From positions 217,659-281,658 of IMG/VR virus record IMGVR_UViG_3300042907_001080: a stretch of DNA of 64,000 bases; one strand, written 5' to 3'. This document shows positions 9,122-19,166 of this stretch, in pieces. The translations under genes and the position numbers were made by a program. Under the pieces are notes generated by a model that was given only the letters and a program-made list of their open reading frames with translations, was not told where the DNA came from and searched no databases. The number at the start of each line of letters is the position of its first letter. Position 1 is the first letter of the stretch.

Positions 9122-9958
9122 TTATGTCCATAGACTATCTCGGGCTTTGATAAGGCGGATCATCATAGCTTCATCTTCGGCCGCATATTCTTCTTCAATC
9201 TTCTGTAGCAGTTCGTGTGATCGTGTGCTGAGTTCTTCAAGTTCGGGAGTCTTCTTGCTGCCAAAAAGTCTGCCATCGTTGAGGAGTCGTGCCTTTTCAC
9301 AGTATTCAGTCCAGCCGCTGACATCATAAGGATCAGGACGATTACGATAAGTCACAGTCCACCATAGGTAAAGTTCTTTGATCTCTTTTGCACGAAGAGC
9401 CTGTCCTGTAGGTTTGCCGTAGTCTAGATGATCTGGTTCACACCAATCAGTGTTAGTAAGAGTCATAGCCCAATCTAAATGATCAATGCCTGCTTGAGGA
9501 CAGCGCCAAGTGCGCCAACGGAACCAACCTGTAGCCCAGAAAGGTGCCTTATACTTTGCCTTATCTTCTTCGCTACCCCAAGCAATATGACTCCATGCTT
9601 GTTCTATTTCAACAAAGTCTACAAGTTCGTTGAAGAGGCAAGGAAGGAACCGGTTGCCCACGTCGCACCAGTTACCGGGCTTAATATCGCGAGGGTGAGC
9701 GGTAAGACTATGAGTGCGACTAACCCAACGGTTATTAATGTAATACTTAACATCGTAAATCTTTCTAACAGGCCAGGTGACAAAATCTTGGATATAGCTT
9801 AGGCCTTCTTCAGCTAGCCAATAACGGACAGGATGATAGCGTTTGGCTTCATCTTCCCATTCGGCCCAGCCGTCCGAGGTTAGCGCACCCTTTTTAGGTG
9901 TGCCTCGAACCCAATCTGCGAACGGGGAGCATGACCAGTAGTTTGTGTGTTGTGCCAT
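9122..9958 (-). CDS. Trp-rich hypothetical phage protein
   Basis: 278 aa, directly downstream of a consensus promoter. Confidence 0.8.
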   Translation of the reverse strand: MAQHTNYWSCSPFADWVRGTPKKGALTSDGWAEWEDEAKRYHPVRYWLAEEGLSYIQDFVTWPVRKIYDVKYYINNRWVSRTHSLTAHPRDIKPGNWCDVGNRFLPCLFNELVDFVEIEQAWSHIAWGSEEDKAKYKAPFWATGWFRWRTWRCPQAGIDHLDWAMTLTNTDWCEPDHLDYGKPTGQALRAKEIKELYLWWTVTYRNRPDPYDVSGWTEYCEKARLLNDGRLFGSKKTPELEELSTRSHELLQKIEEEYAAEDEAMMIRLIKARDSLWT

Positions 9959-9967
9959 AATAAAGTA

Positions 9968-9996
9968 ATTATACAGTCTTTCTAGAAACTTGTCAA
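9968..9996 (-). promoter_or_regulatory. sigma70 consensus promoter
   Basis: TTGACA-N17-TATAAT. Confidence 0.85.
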
Positions 9997-10013
9997 TAAG
10001 AATCTTTTTTGAC

Positions 10014-10397
10014 TCAAATTTTTCTTTGGTATCCGGCTAGATTGAGCATGATACTATACTGCTCGTAGGCTTTTTGGACAGCAGTATTGGATTGACGATA
10101 CCAACTTTCCTCACGTTCCTTTTCCATAAGCATGGAAAACATGTCGGCATCGCTGTAGCCGTGGGTATGATTGCCAAAAAATCTTTGTTCCATTTCTACA
10201 AGAGCTCGAAATCTGCTTTCAGGTATTTGAACTGTGAATACTTTTTCTGTTTCAAATTTTACAAAATCTCTGTTTACAATATCTGCTCGCAGAGGATCTG
10301 TAAAATATTTGGGAGGGTGGTATCTGGCCCTACGTTTTTGATCATCTACAATTTGTATTTCGTAGTTTTTACAAAACTGATCAACTTTTTCTTTCAT
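10014..10397 (-). CDS. Hypothetical protein
   Basis: 127 aa, coupled to thyX by ATGA overlap. Confidence 0.75.
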   Translation of the reverse strand: MKEKVDQFCKNYEIQIVDDQKRRARYHPPKYFTDPLRADIVNRDFVKFETEKVFTVQIPESRFRALVEMEQRFFGNHTHGYSDADMFSMLMEKEREESWYRQSNTAVQKAYEQYSIMLNLAGYQRKI

Positions 10398-11059
10398 TGT
10401 ACTAGGCTTTCTGCTAGAGGAAATATTTCTGCAATTACTTTTGCACAGGCTTTAGCAATTTCTTGATGCTCTTTCTGGGTGCCATTGGCCGAGCGTAGTT
10501 CAATAAAATGCACCCATGACCGCAATGTTCCATTCATATACAAGCGACTTTCTATAAGACCTTCTGGTAATACAGCCCGAGCCTGTTCCTTGGCTATGCC
10601 ATTAGCGATAGCCCATTCATACTCTCGTTTGGCAGCATAGATGACTCGCTGTTGAGCACGGTACCATTCATTTTGTAACAATTGATCATCGACGTCGACG
10701 CTATTCTGTCTGTTCTTAGGGTCTTGAAGTCTAGCTTCCCTTGTAACAAAATTGAGATCTTTCGTTGGGTCAGCATAGCGTTGAGAGAACTCTTGGAAAC
10801 TGAAACTTCTGTGTCGCAAGATTTGCCGGGCAATGTCTCTTGTTGTGGTAATTTCGATACAGGCGGAGACCATTTCGAGCGGTGACCAGTGTTGGTGTTT
10901 AACCAAGTATCGGATAAGTTTATCTGATGTCTCTGTATTAAGCTGGTTGCTGGGATTGCTGACACGGGCGCAATACGCAATGAGTTCCTGTGCATCTGCA
11001 ATACCCATAAGTTTAAATTCGCCTGTGGGTTGGCTGTAGGATAAAAGTTTAACATTCAT
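10394..11059 (-). CDS. thyX: Flavin-dependent thymidylate synthase
   Basis: HWSPLE, RQILRHRSFSFQEFSQRY (RHRx7S), EQARAVLP, NGTLRSW and TQKEH. Confidence 0.96.
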   Translation of the reverse strand: MNVKLLSYSQPTGEFKLMGIADAQELIAYCARVSNPSNQLNTETSDKLIRYLVKHQHWSPLEMVSACIEITTTRDIARQILRHRSFSFQEFSQRYADPTKDLNFVTREARLQDPKNRQNSVDVDDQLLQNEWYRAQQRVIYAAKREYEWAIANGIAKEQARAVLPEGLIESRLYMNGTLRSWVHFIELRSANGTQKEHQEIAKACAKVIAEIFPLAESLVQ

Positions 11060-11613
11060 TTATAATTCCTTAGTAATTCTATAATTTCTTCTTCTGAATA
11101 AAGTTTAATCGTTTTGATAAAAGAATCAAACTCTTCAAAATCTATATTAGCATATTTTTCCGGAGGAGCAATCTGTGCTGCAGGCATTTTAACTAGAGTC
11201 AAACCAAATTCGCAGTTCATAGGATAAACTAAAAAATCTGTTTCTTTAATAAAATACATTAACAGTTTGTACGAATCCGAACAATATTTTGACTGTGACC
11301 AAAATTTTGTTGGAGGAATCATGTCATGTATTAATATCCAGTGGTTGCAATGATTTACAGAATTATTAAAGTCTTTTAATACAAAATCATAATCGTGATT
11401 TGCATCTATAAAAATTATATCAAACGACACTTCTTTGTCTAGAATTAAAAAAAAATCATCAGTCGTTGATTTTATAAGAGCGTTGTTGTTAGTGTCTACT
11501 GATAACTTTACATTGCATTTTATTTGATCAAAGTTTTTATTTTGATCAATGCCTAACTCTAGATACACAAGATCTTTAATATTTGAAATATTGTTTATTA
11601 TAGAACAAGACAT
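11056..11613 (-). CDS. Class I SAM-dependent methyltransferase (Methyltransf_24-like)
   Basis: YLELGI and FDIIFIDANHDY...ILIHD. Noticeably AT-rich compared with its neighbours. Confidence 0.7.
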   Translation of the reverse strand: MSCSIINNISNIKDLVYLELGIDQNKNFDQIKCNVKLSVDTNNNALIKSTTDDFFLILDKEVSFDIIFIDANHDYDFVLKDFNNSVNHCNHWILIHDMIPPTKFWSQSKYCSDSYKLLMYFIKETDFLVYPMNCEFGLTLVKMPAAQIAPPEKYANIDFEEFDSFIKTIKLYSEEEIIELLRNYK

Positions 11614-11617
11614 TTTG

Positions 11618-12109
11618 TTATTTCTGTTCTTGTTCTTTTTCAGGAAAACACAATGATTCCATGGTTTTGTAATGTTCGTAGGCTTTTTTAAGAGCTTCGA
11701 ATCTTTCAAGTTTTGCCGGATCAGGCACTAGTATGGACAGTCTTTGTTCCATTTTCTTCATGAACTCTTTGAGGCTCTTACCATCTATTTTAATATCAGT
11801 GCCCGCAGCCATGTCAATACCATCGCCGGTAATACTCACAGTCTGTGGAACAGCAGCGTTGGTAAATGTATATCCACTAGTTCCTGTAGCCCACTGACTG
11901 TTATTGCTAATGTTATTAATAGTTGTAATACCGCCTACTGTTGCTCCGTAATTGTAAGAATACGCAGATGATGGCAGAGTAATTGTTGAAACTCCGGAGC
12001 CAAGTGTAATTGTATCTAATGTATCAGTCATGGTGCTTGCTTGAGCAGCACCATAACTGCTTAGATCAATTTCAATATCATCAAGTGTGATACTGTCCTT
12101 GTCGTTCAT
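11618..12109 (-). CDS. Hypothetical protein with Ser/Thr-rich N-terminus
   Basis: 163 aa; C-terminal MEQRLSILVPD..FEALKKAYEHY. Confidence 0.75.
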   Translation of the reverse strand: MNDKDSITLDDIEIDLSSYGAAQASTMTDTLDTITLGSGVSTITLPSSAYSYNYGATVGGITTINNISNNSQWATGTSGYTFTNAAVPQTVSITGDGIDMAAGTDIKIDGKSLKEFMKKMEQRLSILVPDPAKLERFEALKKAYEHYKTMESLCFPEKEQEQK

Positions 12110-12111
12110 GA

Positions 12112-12303
12112 TTAGGCCTTGGCTTCTTTGCGGGCGTTTTTTTCTTCTGTGATTTCATTGCGACGAGCTTTAACTGCTTTGCCTACTTCTTGTAATGCTT
12201 TGCGAGCACGGGTGCCTGCGGCATTGTTACCTGCTGCAAATTTTGCGTCTTCTGCCAAGAATGCTTCCATTGCTGCTTTTAATTGTTCTACTGTGTTTGA
12301 CAT
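12112..12303 (-). CDS. Histone H1-like Hc1-family DNA-binding protein
   Basis: KFAAGNNAAGTRARKAL..K..R signature; AAGGA SD. Confidence 0.75.
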   Translation of the reverse strand: MSNTVEQLKAAMEAFLAEDAKFAAGNNAAGTRARKALQEVGKAVKARRNEITEEKNARKEAKA

Positions 12304-12345
12304 AATGTTTTCCTTAAGTTATGTTCTACTACTTATAATAGTAAT

Positions 12346-12454
12346 TGGTGTGGTCGGTAGGATTCGAACCTACAAAGCGATGTCTAAGACGTTGCCCTTG
12401 CCCAAATGCGTTTCACAACGGACCGGAGGTATACCAAGTTCCACTCACGACCAC
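12346..12454 (-). ncRNA. tRNA-like RNA with non-canonical anticodon arm
   Basis: Acceptor GTGGTCG/CGACCAC+ACCA, Leu-type D loop, T arm GTAGG-TTCGAAT-CCTAC. 109 nt with an expanded centre and no 7-nt anticodon loop. Confidence 0.7.
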
Positions 12455-12460
12455 ACATAC

Positions 12461-12489
12461 AGTATATAACCGCAAACGCAAAAGGTCAA
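12461..12489 (-). promoter_or_regulatory. sigma70-type promoter for the tRNA-like RNA
   Basis: TTGACC-N17-TATACT, 6 nt upstream of the RNA 5' end. Confidence 0.7.
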
Positions 12490-12517
12490 GACTTTTGTAG
12501 TTAAATACTGTCAGATT

Positions 12518-13498
12518 ATGACACAAGACTTCACAAAGATACCATTCCATAACATAACAAGATTTGGTCAACGCACCATGTTGCATCGCCCGTTATTTTC
12601 TACCAGTTGGATTTTGGGCCGTTTCTGTAATTATAACTGTTCTTACTGTTGGCCCTATGCTAGATCGGACAAGGTAGATCACCAGCCTTTAGAAGTATAT
12701 ACTAATACTGTAGATGAAATCAAACGACAGGCTCGACTAAATGGCTTCAATGAATTCCATTGGAGTTTCAGTGGCGGTGAACCTACTGCTTACCGACAGC
12801 TACATGATTTGATTAAACACCTTGACGAAACAGAAAGCACATACCAAAGTATACACATGACAACCAATTTAAGTCCTGGAAGTAAATGGTGGAATACCTG
12901 GTGTGCCAACACAGCATTACTACAACGCAGAAGTATCACAGCATCATTTCATGATGAGTTTGCTCGAGAGCAGGAATTCGGTGACAAGTGTCTACAGTTA
13001 TTGCATGAGCGTGTGCATGTCACAGTCAATCAAGTAATGGTCCCGGAAAAGTTTTATGAGCTTTATGAACGCATGTCTCGGCTACATGCTCGTGGAATCA
13101 ATGTTACGCTCAAACCGCAAAGTGATCCTACAGCGAGTCGTGTAGTCGATGGCTACACAACAGAAATGATTGATCTATTACAGACTGGATTTCCTCAAAC
13201 ATCACAAGGCGAAGACGTTTATCAAATAGCATTGTATGATACAGACAACAAAGAATATTTGTTCGATCAAGCAGAAAGATTTAATGCTTTTGGTTTTAAC
13301 AAATTCCAAGGTTGGAGTTGCAATAGTGGGTATCAAAGTGTTATAATAAGAGGTAATGAAGTGAAACGATCATATAGCTGTCACGACCGACTATTAGGAA
13401 CACTAGAGAGCTTTGAGCTTTTTAAAAAACCAACAGTTTGTATAACACCTAGTTGTGTCAGCAGTGCTGATTCAAAGATACCAAAATGTATAAACTAG
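12518..13498 (+). CDS. Radical SAM protein
   Basis: CNYNCSYC, SGGEPT; C-terminal Cys-rich SPASM/twitch-like region. Confidence 0.9.
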   Translation: MTQDFTKIPFHNITRFGQRTMLHRPLFSTSWILGRFCNYNCSYCWPYARSDKVDHQPLEVYTNTVDEIKRQARLNGFNEFHWSFSGGEPTAYRQLHDLIKHLDETESTYQSIHMTTNLSPGSKWWNTWCANTALLQRRSITASFHDEFAREQEFGDKCLQLLHERVHVTVNQVMVPEKFYELYERMSRLHARGINVTLKPQSDPTASRVVDGYTTEMIDLLQTGFPQTSQGEDVYQIALYDTDNKEYLFDQAERFNAFGFNKFQGWSCNSGYQSVIIRGNEVKRSYSCHDRLLGTLESFELFKKPTVCITPSCVSSADSKIPKCIN

Positions 13499-14463
13499 AA
13501 AACATAAAAGACATACATCTAGAATTAACAAGTAAGTGTCAAGCACGATGCCCAATGTGTCCTCGCCGAGTTAACGGAGGGATACTAAATCCTATTATGT
13601 CGTTAAATGAGATAACACTAGAACAATTTAAAGAATGGTTCTCAGATGAATTTATAAATCAACTGGATAGTCTGTTTATGTGCGGCAATTTAGGTGATCC
13701 TATTATTGCTGAAGATTGTTTAGAGATATTTCAATACTTAAAAGAAACTAATCCTAACATACGATTGAGCATGCATACAAATGGTAGTGCTAGAAATATA
13801 CACTGGTGGAAAAAATTAGCAAAGTATAAAGTTAAAGTTACATTTGGAATAGACGGTTTAGAAGATACACACAAGTTATATCGAATAAGCACTAATTGGA
13901 ACACCATTATAAAAAATGCCGAGTCATTTATAAAAGCTGGCGGCGAAGCAGAATGGCACATGTTAGTGTTTAAGCATAACGAACATCAAATTGAAGAATG
14001 CCGTGCGCTAAGTCACAAACTTGAATTTAAAAAATTCACAACCAAGCATACTAGTCGTTTTAAAGATAACAAATTTCATGTATTGGACGAAACCGGCAAG
14101 ACTGTTAATATTCTTTATCCTACTAAACTTAGCACTTCACATACAGTAAATGTGTTGTCAGTATTACCAGCAGAGATACAATGCAAGGCAAAGAAATATA
14201 GTCAACTATACATAAGTGCAGACGGAGGAGTTAGTCCGTGTTGCTGGTTGGATTTTTCCTGGCAGTTGCCTAACCAGGACAATAGAATAAATTATATGGA
14301 TAAAATTGGAGTTTATCCTAACCTAAATAAACAGTCGTTAATAGATATATTTAATTCTGGTTTCTTTAGTAAGATTGAAAGTACCTGGTCAGCCGTTCCT
14401 TTAATGGAATGCGGCAAACAATGTGGACATTTTGATAAGCTAGGAGAGCAATTTGTTAGTTGA
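13486..14463 (+). CDS. Radical SAM/SPASM protein
   Basis: CQARCPMC, GNLGDP, HTNG, DG.VSPCC. Confidence 0.9.
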   Translation: MYKLENIKDIHLELTSKCQARCPMCPRRVNGGILNPIMSLNEITLEQFKEWFSDEFINQLDSLFMCGNLGDPIIAEDCLEIFQYLKETNPNIRLSMHTNGSARNIHWWKKLAKYKVKVTFGIDGLEDTHKLYRISTNWNTIIKNAESFIKAGGEAEWHMLVFKHNEHQIEECRALSHKLEFKKFTTKHTSRFKDNKFHVLDETGKTVNILYPTKLSTSHTVNVLSVLPAEIQCKAKKYSQLYISADGGVSPCCWLDFSWQLPNQDNRINYMDKIGVYPNLNKQSLIDIFNSGFFSKIESTWSAVPLMECGKQCGHFDKLGEQFVS

Positions 14464-15046
14464 TACAGAACACTTACATCACTGGATGCAAGCCATAAGA
14501 CAAAGCCCAGATCCTATGAGGACCATGGATGCATTCTGGTCTGGACAACTTAAAAGCAAAGAATGGTTGATCTCAAATTTAAGAAAACACATTAATAAAT
14601 TTGTAGGTATTGATATACATGGTGGCTGGGTTGGTGTACTAGCCAGTATGTTGTTCCAAAGTGATATCCCTATTATTAATATTCGTAGTGTTGATATTGA
14701 CCCTACCTGCGAATCTATTGCAGTTAACATGAACAAGATTGAAGAAATGGTTGGCAAGTTTCGTGCTGTCACAGCAGACATGTGTGCTCTTCGCAGTGAT
14801 GCAGATGTCATTATCAACACCAGTTGTGAACACATAACACAAGACCAATATGACATATGGTTAAGCGGAATGCCACATAGCAGCCTACTAGCATTGCAAA
14901 GCAATAATTATAATATAGATGAACATGTTAGGATTGCTAACAGTTTAGAAGAGTTTAAAAAACAATGCCATCTGGACAATATTTTGTATGCCGGGGAACT
15001 TGATTTGCCGTTGTACAAACGATTTATGATTATAGGAAAACAATGA
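14453..15046 (+). CDS. SAM-dependent methyltransferase-like protein
   Basis: IHGGWVG, SVDIDP, INTSCEH; TTG start. Confidence 0.6.
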   Translation: MLVDTEHLHHWMQAIRQSPDPMRTMDAFWSGQLKSKEWLISNLRKHINKFVGIDIHGGWVGVLASMLFQSDIPIINIRSVDIDPTCESIAVNMNKIEEMVGKFRAVTADMCALRSDADVIINTSCEHITQDQYDIWLSGMPHSSLLALQSNNYNIDEHVRIANSLEEFKKQCHLDNILYAGELDLPLYKRFMIIGKQ

Positions 15047-15777
15047 TAGAATTAGGGTTAGTTAAATGGTATAATGACGCAAAGAGATACGGGTTTATTA
15101 AAGCAGACTCGGATGGAGAATCTATTTTGGCACAGAGTCATTCTATTGTGGAAGAACCAAAGACTTTGAGAGAATTTCAACGTGTAACTTTTGAAAGATA
15201 TGTAACTGATAATGGCCTAGAAGCACGTACTATAAATATCGCCATGAACCCAGATTTATCGATTTACGAACACGAAGTTATATCATTGAAAAAACAACGA
15301 CTTCATCTTTCTTCATTTGTAGGACATGTCTTATTAGTGGTTAATACTGCCAGCCGATGCGGACTTACACCTCAGTACGAAGGATTAGAAAAATTATTTC
15401 AAAAATATAAAGATAAAAAATTTACAATCCTGGCATTTCCGACAAACAATTTCGCAGGACAGGAGCCTAATACAAATGCCGAAATTTTAGATTTTTGTGA
15501 GACAAATTATAATGTAAGTTTTTATGTTATGGAAAAATCAAATATTGTAGAACAGGATAGTTCAAGCCCTGCACAATTCGCCGAAACTGCACCTAGAGAA
15601 ATAAATTCTTTTTATAAAGACCTTGCCACCAGAACAAATGTTTTACCGCAGTGGAATTTCCACAAGTATCTAATTAATCGTACGGGTTCTATTATTAAAA
15701 GTTTTGATCATTTGACTCAACCAGACAATGATGTATTAATTAACGCAATCGAAGAATTTTTGGATAGTAACGTATGA
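15043..15777 (+). CDS. Cold-shock domain fused to Cys glutathione peroxidase
   Basis: N-terminal GLVKWYNDAKRYGFI (CSD RNP1). C-terminal VVNTASRCGLTPQY, LAFPTNNF.GQEP and WNFHKYLI (GPx). Confidence 0.88.
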   Translation: MIELGLVKWYNDAKRYGFIKADSDGESILAQSHSIVEEPKTLREFQRVTFERYVTDNGLEARTINIAMNPDLSIYEHEVISLKKQRLHLSSFVGHVLLVVNTASRCGLTPQYEGLEKLFQKYKDKKFTILAFPTNNFAGQEPNTNAEILDFCETNYNVSFYVMEKSNIVEQDSSSPAQFAETAPREINSFYKDLATRTNVLPQWNFHKYLINRTGSIIKSFDHLTQPDNDVLINAIEEFLDSNV

Positions 15778-16700
15778 AAATATTAATGACTGGATCATCG
15801 GGATTTATCGGATCTCACTTAGCACCACTTTTAGAAAAAGACCACACAGTTCATCATCTCAAAAGCGATCTAACAGATCACAAGAGTGTTCAGCTAGAAG
15901 TAGCTTCTGTACAACCAGATATCATTGTGCACCTAGCTGCACGTACAGAAGTAGAACAAAGCTTCTATGAACAAATTACCTTTAGTGAAATAAACTATAT
16001 AGGAACAGTTAATTTAATTGAAGCAGCCGCCTCTGTTAAAAATTTAAAGAACTTTGTGTTTGCTAGTACTATGGAAGTTTATGGTTGGCAACCTATTAGT
16101 GATACTGTAAAAAATGGCGCCATACCTAAAGTATTTGAAACATTTGATGAGAACACTCAGCCTAACCCCAATGCTCCTTATTCTGTAGCCAAATATGGAT
16201 GTGAGAAATATTTAGAATACGCTTACAGATGTTATGGATTGCCATTTACTGCTATACGTCAAACAAACAGCTATGGTCGTAAAGATAACAAGTTTTTTGT
16301 TACAGAACAAATTATTAGTCAGATGCTAGAAAATTCCAAAGAAGTAAATCTTGGATATGCTGAACCATATAGAAATTTTATTTTTATTGACGACCTATTA
16401 GATGCTTGGATTACAGTTATTACAAATCCTGATAAAGTAAACAGTGGACTAATACTTACTATTGGTCCTGATGCTCCTATAAAGATTAGGGATTATGCAC
16501 AAAAAATTGCCAAAAAATTAAACTGGCAAGGAACGATTAATTGGGATACTAAATTGTTCAGGCCTGGGGAGATTTACTGGCTTAATAGCAATCACAATCT
16601 AATAACTAAATTAACTGGATGGTATCCTAAAGTCAGTTTAGACGAGGGGCTAGATCAAACTATTAAAATCTGGAAAGAAAAATATGATAGTAGAACATAA
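15774..16700 (+). CDS. NDP-sugar epimerase/dehydratase (extended SDR)
   Basis: TGSSGFIG, HLAA, ST.EVYG, YSVAK (YxxxK), RNFIFIDD. Confidence 0.9.
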   Translation: MKILMTGSSGFIGSHLAPLLEKDHTVHHLKSDLTDHKSVQLEVASVQPDIIVHLAARTEVEQSFYEQITFSEINYIGTVNLIEAAASVKNLKNFVFASTMEVYGWQPISDTVKNGAIPKVFETFDENTQPNPNAPYSVAKYGCEKYLEYAYRCYGLPFTAIRQTNSYGRKDNKFFVTEQIISQMLENSKEVNLGYAEPYRNFIFIDDLLDAWITVITNPDKVNSGLILTIGPDAPIKIRDYAQKIAKKLNWQGTINWDTKLFRPGEIYWLNSNHNLITKLTGWYPKVSLDEGLDQTIKIWKEKYDSRT

Positions 16701-17316
16701 GTTAAACGATGTACCGAGAATATCTGTTTTTGATAATGTACTATCTGCTGAATTTTGTAGAGGTATGATAGAAAAACATTCCAATGCTGGAATGAATTCT
16801 AATTCTGGTTATCAAAGTCGTGTTGAGTCGTATGCCCAAGTTACAGAAGAAGTTGAAAATAGAGGAATTAGTCTAGGTGTTGATCCCTATGATTATGATA
16901 TAATAGCAACAGCTATTGTTAATGTTGCTAAAATTCCATATTCTCACATAGAGGCTATTGATATTTACAACTATCACGAAGGACAGTATCTAGCTTATCA
17001 TCACGATTACTGTTATGACCCTAGACAAATCAACTATTATAAAAACGGTGGCGACAGAGTTGGAACCGGTATTTTTTATTTTAATGATGATTTTGTAGGC
17101 GGAGAAACTTATTTTCCTAAATTTGATGTATCTATTACTCCTAAGACTGGTTCCTTTTTGTATTTTGAACAATGCTATGACGAAGCAACTAATTGGGACA
17201 CAATACACGAAAGCAAACTAATTACCAAAGGAACTAAGTGGATCGCTAGTTGCTTTTTTAGTGATAGGCCTAGAGTAGGATGGTCTAGTAGAGATCATTT
17301 GTATGCTAACGGATAA
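16684..17316 (+). CDS. Prolyl-4-hydroxylase-like 2OG-Fe(II) oxygenase
   Basis: YHHD, GGDRVGT, GGETYFP, IHES..I.KG.KW. Confidence 0.85.
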   Translation: MIVEHKLNDVPRISVFDNVLSAEFCRGMIEKHSNAGMNSNSGYQSRVESYAQVTEEVENRGISLGVDPYDYDIIATAIVNVAKIPYSHIEAIDIYNYHEGQYLAYHHDYCYDPRQINYYKNGGDRVGTGIFYFNDDFVGGETYFPKFDVSITPKTGSFLYFEQCYDEATNWDTIHESKLITKGTKWIASCFFSDRPRVGWSSRDHLYANG

Positions 17317-18007
17317 TTGGATTCCTTTTTACAAATATAATGATCAAGGTGTGCCTGGATGCATGTCTCAGCAAACCTATGAACCGTTAATAAATCCGGA
17401 AGGAACTGTATACTGTGCCAACTACGATCATAATAATCTGTATCAACGTAAATGGCAACCAGACCGTGTGGGTTACACTCAAGACATTGTTGAATATTTT
17501 TTTAACAAAGAAGTTGGATATGCACACAAATTTAGCAACAAGCTATGGGCGCCGGAAATTATAGATATAGATTATGTTAGCAAACGTATTTTTTATAAAT
17601 GGTATGGGCCCACTTGCAACGAATTAATATATACAGGCAGAACTTTACCATCTGATTGGAAATTACAACTTCGAAATATCATGATGGATTGTTATAATGA
17701 AGGAGTTTACAAACTTACAATGTATCCACATTGTCATTACTATGATAACAGCGGAATTATGCACACGCTAGATATGTATGGGTGCGTTGAAGTAGATGAT
17801 CCGTTTATTGAAGCAAAGTATATGGATGGGATAATTCACGAAACCGCTAAATTTAGACTAGACGAGACCGGACCTAAAAACAATAATAGATATGATTTAG
17901 AAAAAATGTTCTTCAATAGTTTATGCACCCACGTAAAATGGGGAGAATGCGATTTAAATTTTGTCTATCAAAATATAATTGGAGATAGCGATGAAATATA
18001 TAGGTAA
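17303..18007 (+). CDS. Kinase-like fold protein (degenerate motifs)
   Basis: KEV....APEIIDID..Y and GVYKLTMYP; paralog of 28592-29287. Confidence 0.45.
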   Translation: MLTDNWIPFYKYNDQGVPGCMSQQTYEPLINPEGTVYCANYDHNNLYQRKWQPDRVGYTQDIVEYFFNKEVGYAHKFSNKLWAPEIIDIDYVSKRIFYKWYGPTCNELIYTGRTLPSDWKLQLRNIMMDCYNEGVYKLTMYPHCHYYDNSGIMHTLDMYGCVEVDDPFIEAKYMDGIIHETAKFRLDETGPKNNNRYDLEKMFFNSLCTHVKWGECDLNFVYQNIIGDSDEIYR

Positions 18008-18623
18008 CTGCGCAGATAAAATAGATTGGAATGAAGTAATTAAATTATGCCAAGAGAGCGTAACAGGAGATAGAAACACTGTGGTCTCTGTGGTTGAAAG
18101 ATCCGAAGTTAATTTACAGAATCGAGAACCTATGCAGGCCAAGGTTTTATTGTCGGTAGCAGAACAAATAGCCAACGAACAATTGCTTCAAGAGTATAGA
18201 AAAGTGATAGGAGATTGGCGTGATGCTGGATGTGACCTGGATAAAATTTATTGGTATGATTACTATCCAGGGGATCATTATCCAGAAAGTATATCAGATA
18301 CATTTGCTGCCATACTAGGAATTCGCCCATTAAGAGTTTTTGTAAGTGAAGTATATCCGGGTATTACAGTTCCCTATCACTGGGATGTAGAAGATAAGGG
18401 ACCAGAATGGTTAAAAAAATACGGAATGCTTTATAGATATACCTGCTGTATAGATGTGCCGAGGGTCGGAAGTGTATTAATCGTTGACGATCATTGTTTA
18501 TATGATTTTAAGCAAGGAGACATTTTTGAATGGGATAGTTATAGAAACTATCATTCAGCTGCCAACGGCGGCGAACACATACAGTATTATTTTCACATGT
18601 TAGGATATAAAATAAAATGTTAG
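17991..18623 (+). CDS. Cupin/AspH-like Fe(II) oxygenase
   Basis: PYHWD...YHSAAN (HxD..H). Confidence 0.7.
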   Translation: MKYIGNCADKIDWNEVIKLCQESVTGDRNTVVSVVERSEVNLQNREPMQAKVLLSVAEQIANEQLLQEYRKVIGDWRDAGCDLDKIYWYDYYPGDHYPESISDTFAAILGIRPLRVFVSEVYPGITVPYHWDVEDKGPEWLKKYGMLYRYTCCIDVPRVGSVLIVDDHCLYDFKQGDIFEWDSYRNYHSAANGGEHIQYYFHMLGYKIKC

Positions 18624-19162
18624 AAAGAGTTGGTAACTGTTCAAAAATTATAGATTGGAACGAAGTTATAAAAGAGATTGCTGAACAACGACCGGCCTAT
18701 ATCGGACCTAGCCACAAGGAAGATGATCCAATTCCGGGCCTTAAAGAAGTAACAGATTTGTGGAAGCGTTCGGGATTCAAAACTGTTGCTGATGGTGGAA
18801 CAGTGGAATGGGACATGTTTTTGCCTCATACAAATTTTAATATTTCTATCGCTGAAAAATTTTGTGAGTTTGTTGGATTGAAAACGTATACAAGCTGCTG
18901 GATTAGTAGAATAAATCCTGCACGTTGCTCACCTTGGCATTGGGATGTCCATGACGATGAAGTAAATTTATCTCAAAGAACAGACATAGTTCGATATCAT
19001 TGTCATATAGGACAACCGACACACGGTCATGTTTTAATAGTAGATAATTTTTGTTTATATAAACAGCCTCAGGGAGAAATATATAAATGGCCATCTAGAA
19101 CAACTTGGCATTGCGGATTAAACAGTGGGCTAACTCCGAAGTATCTTTTTAATATATGGTGA
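18617..19162 (+). CDS. Cupin/AspH-like Fe(II) oxygenase
   Basis: PWHWD...WHCGLN; paralog of the preceding gene (shared GNC..IDWNEVI). Confidence 0.7.
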   Translation: MLERVGNCSKIIDWNEVIKEIAEQRPAYIGPSHKEDDPIPGLKEVTDLWKRSGFKTVADGGTVEWDMFLPHTNFNISIAEKFCEFVGLKTYTSCWISRINPARCSPWHWDVHDDEVNLSQRTDIVRYHCHIGQPTHGHVLIVDNFCLYKQPQGEIYKWPSRTTWHCGLNSGLTPKYLFNIW

Positions 19163-19166
19163 TGAT

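Noticed and set aside
15043-15777. Selenoprotein GPx
   Set aside because: The active-site codon is TGC (Cys), with no in-frame TGA.
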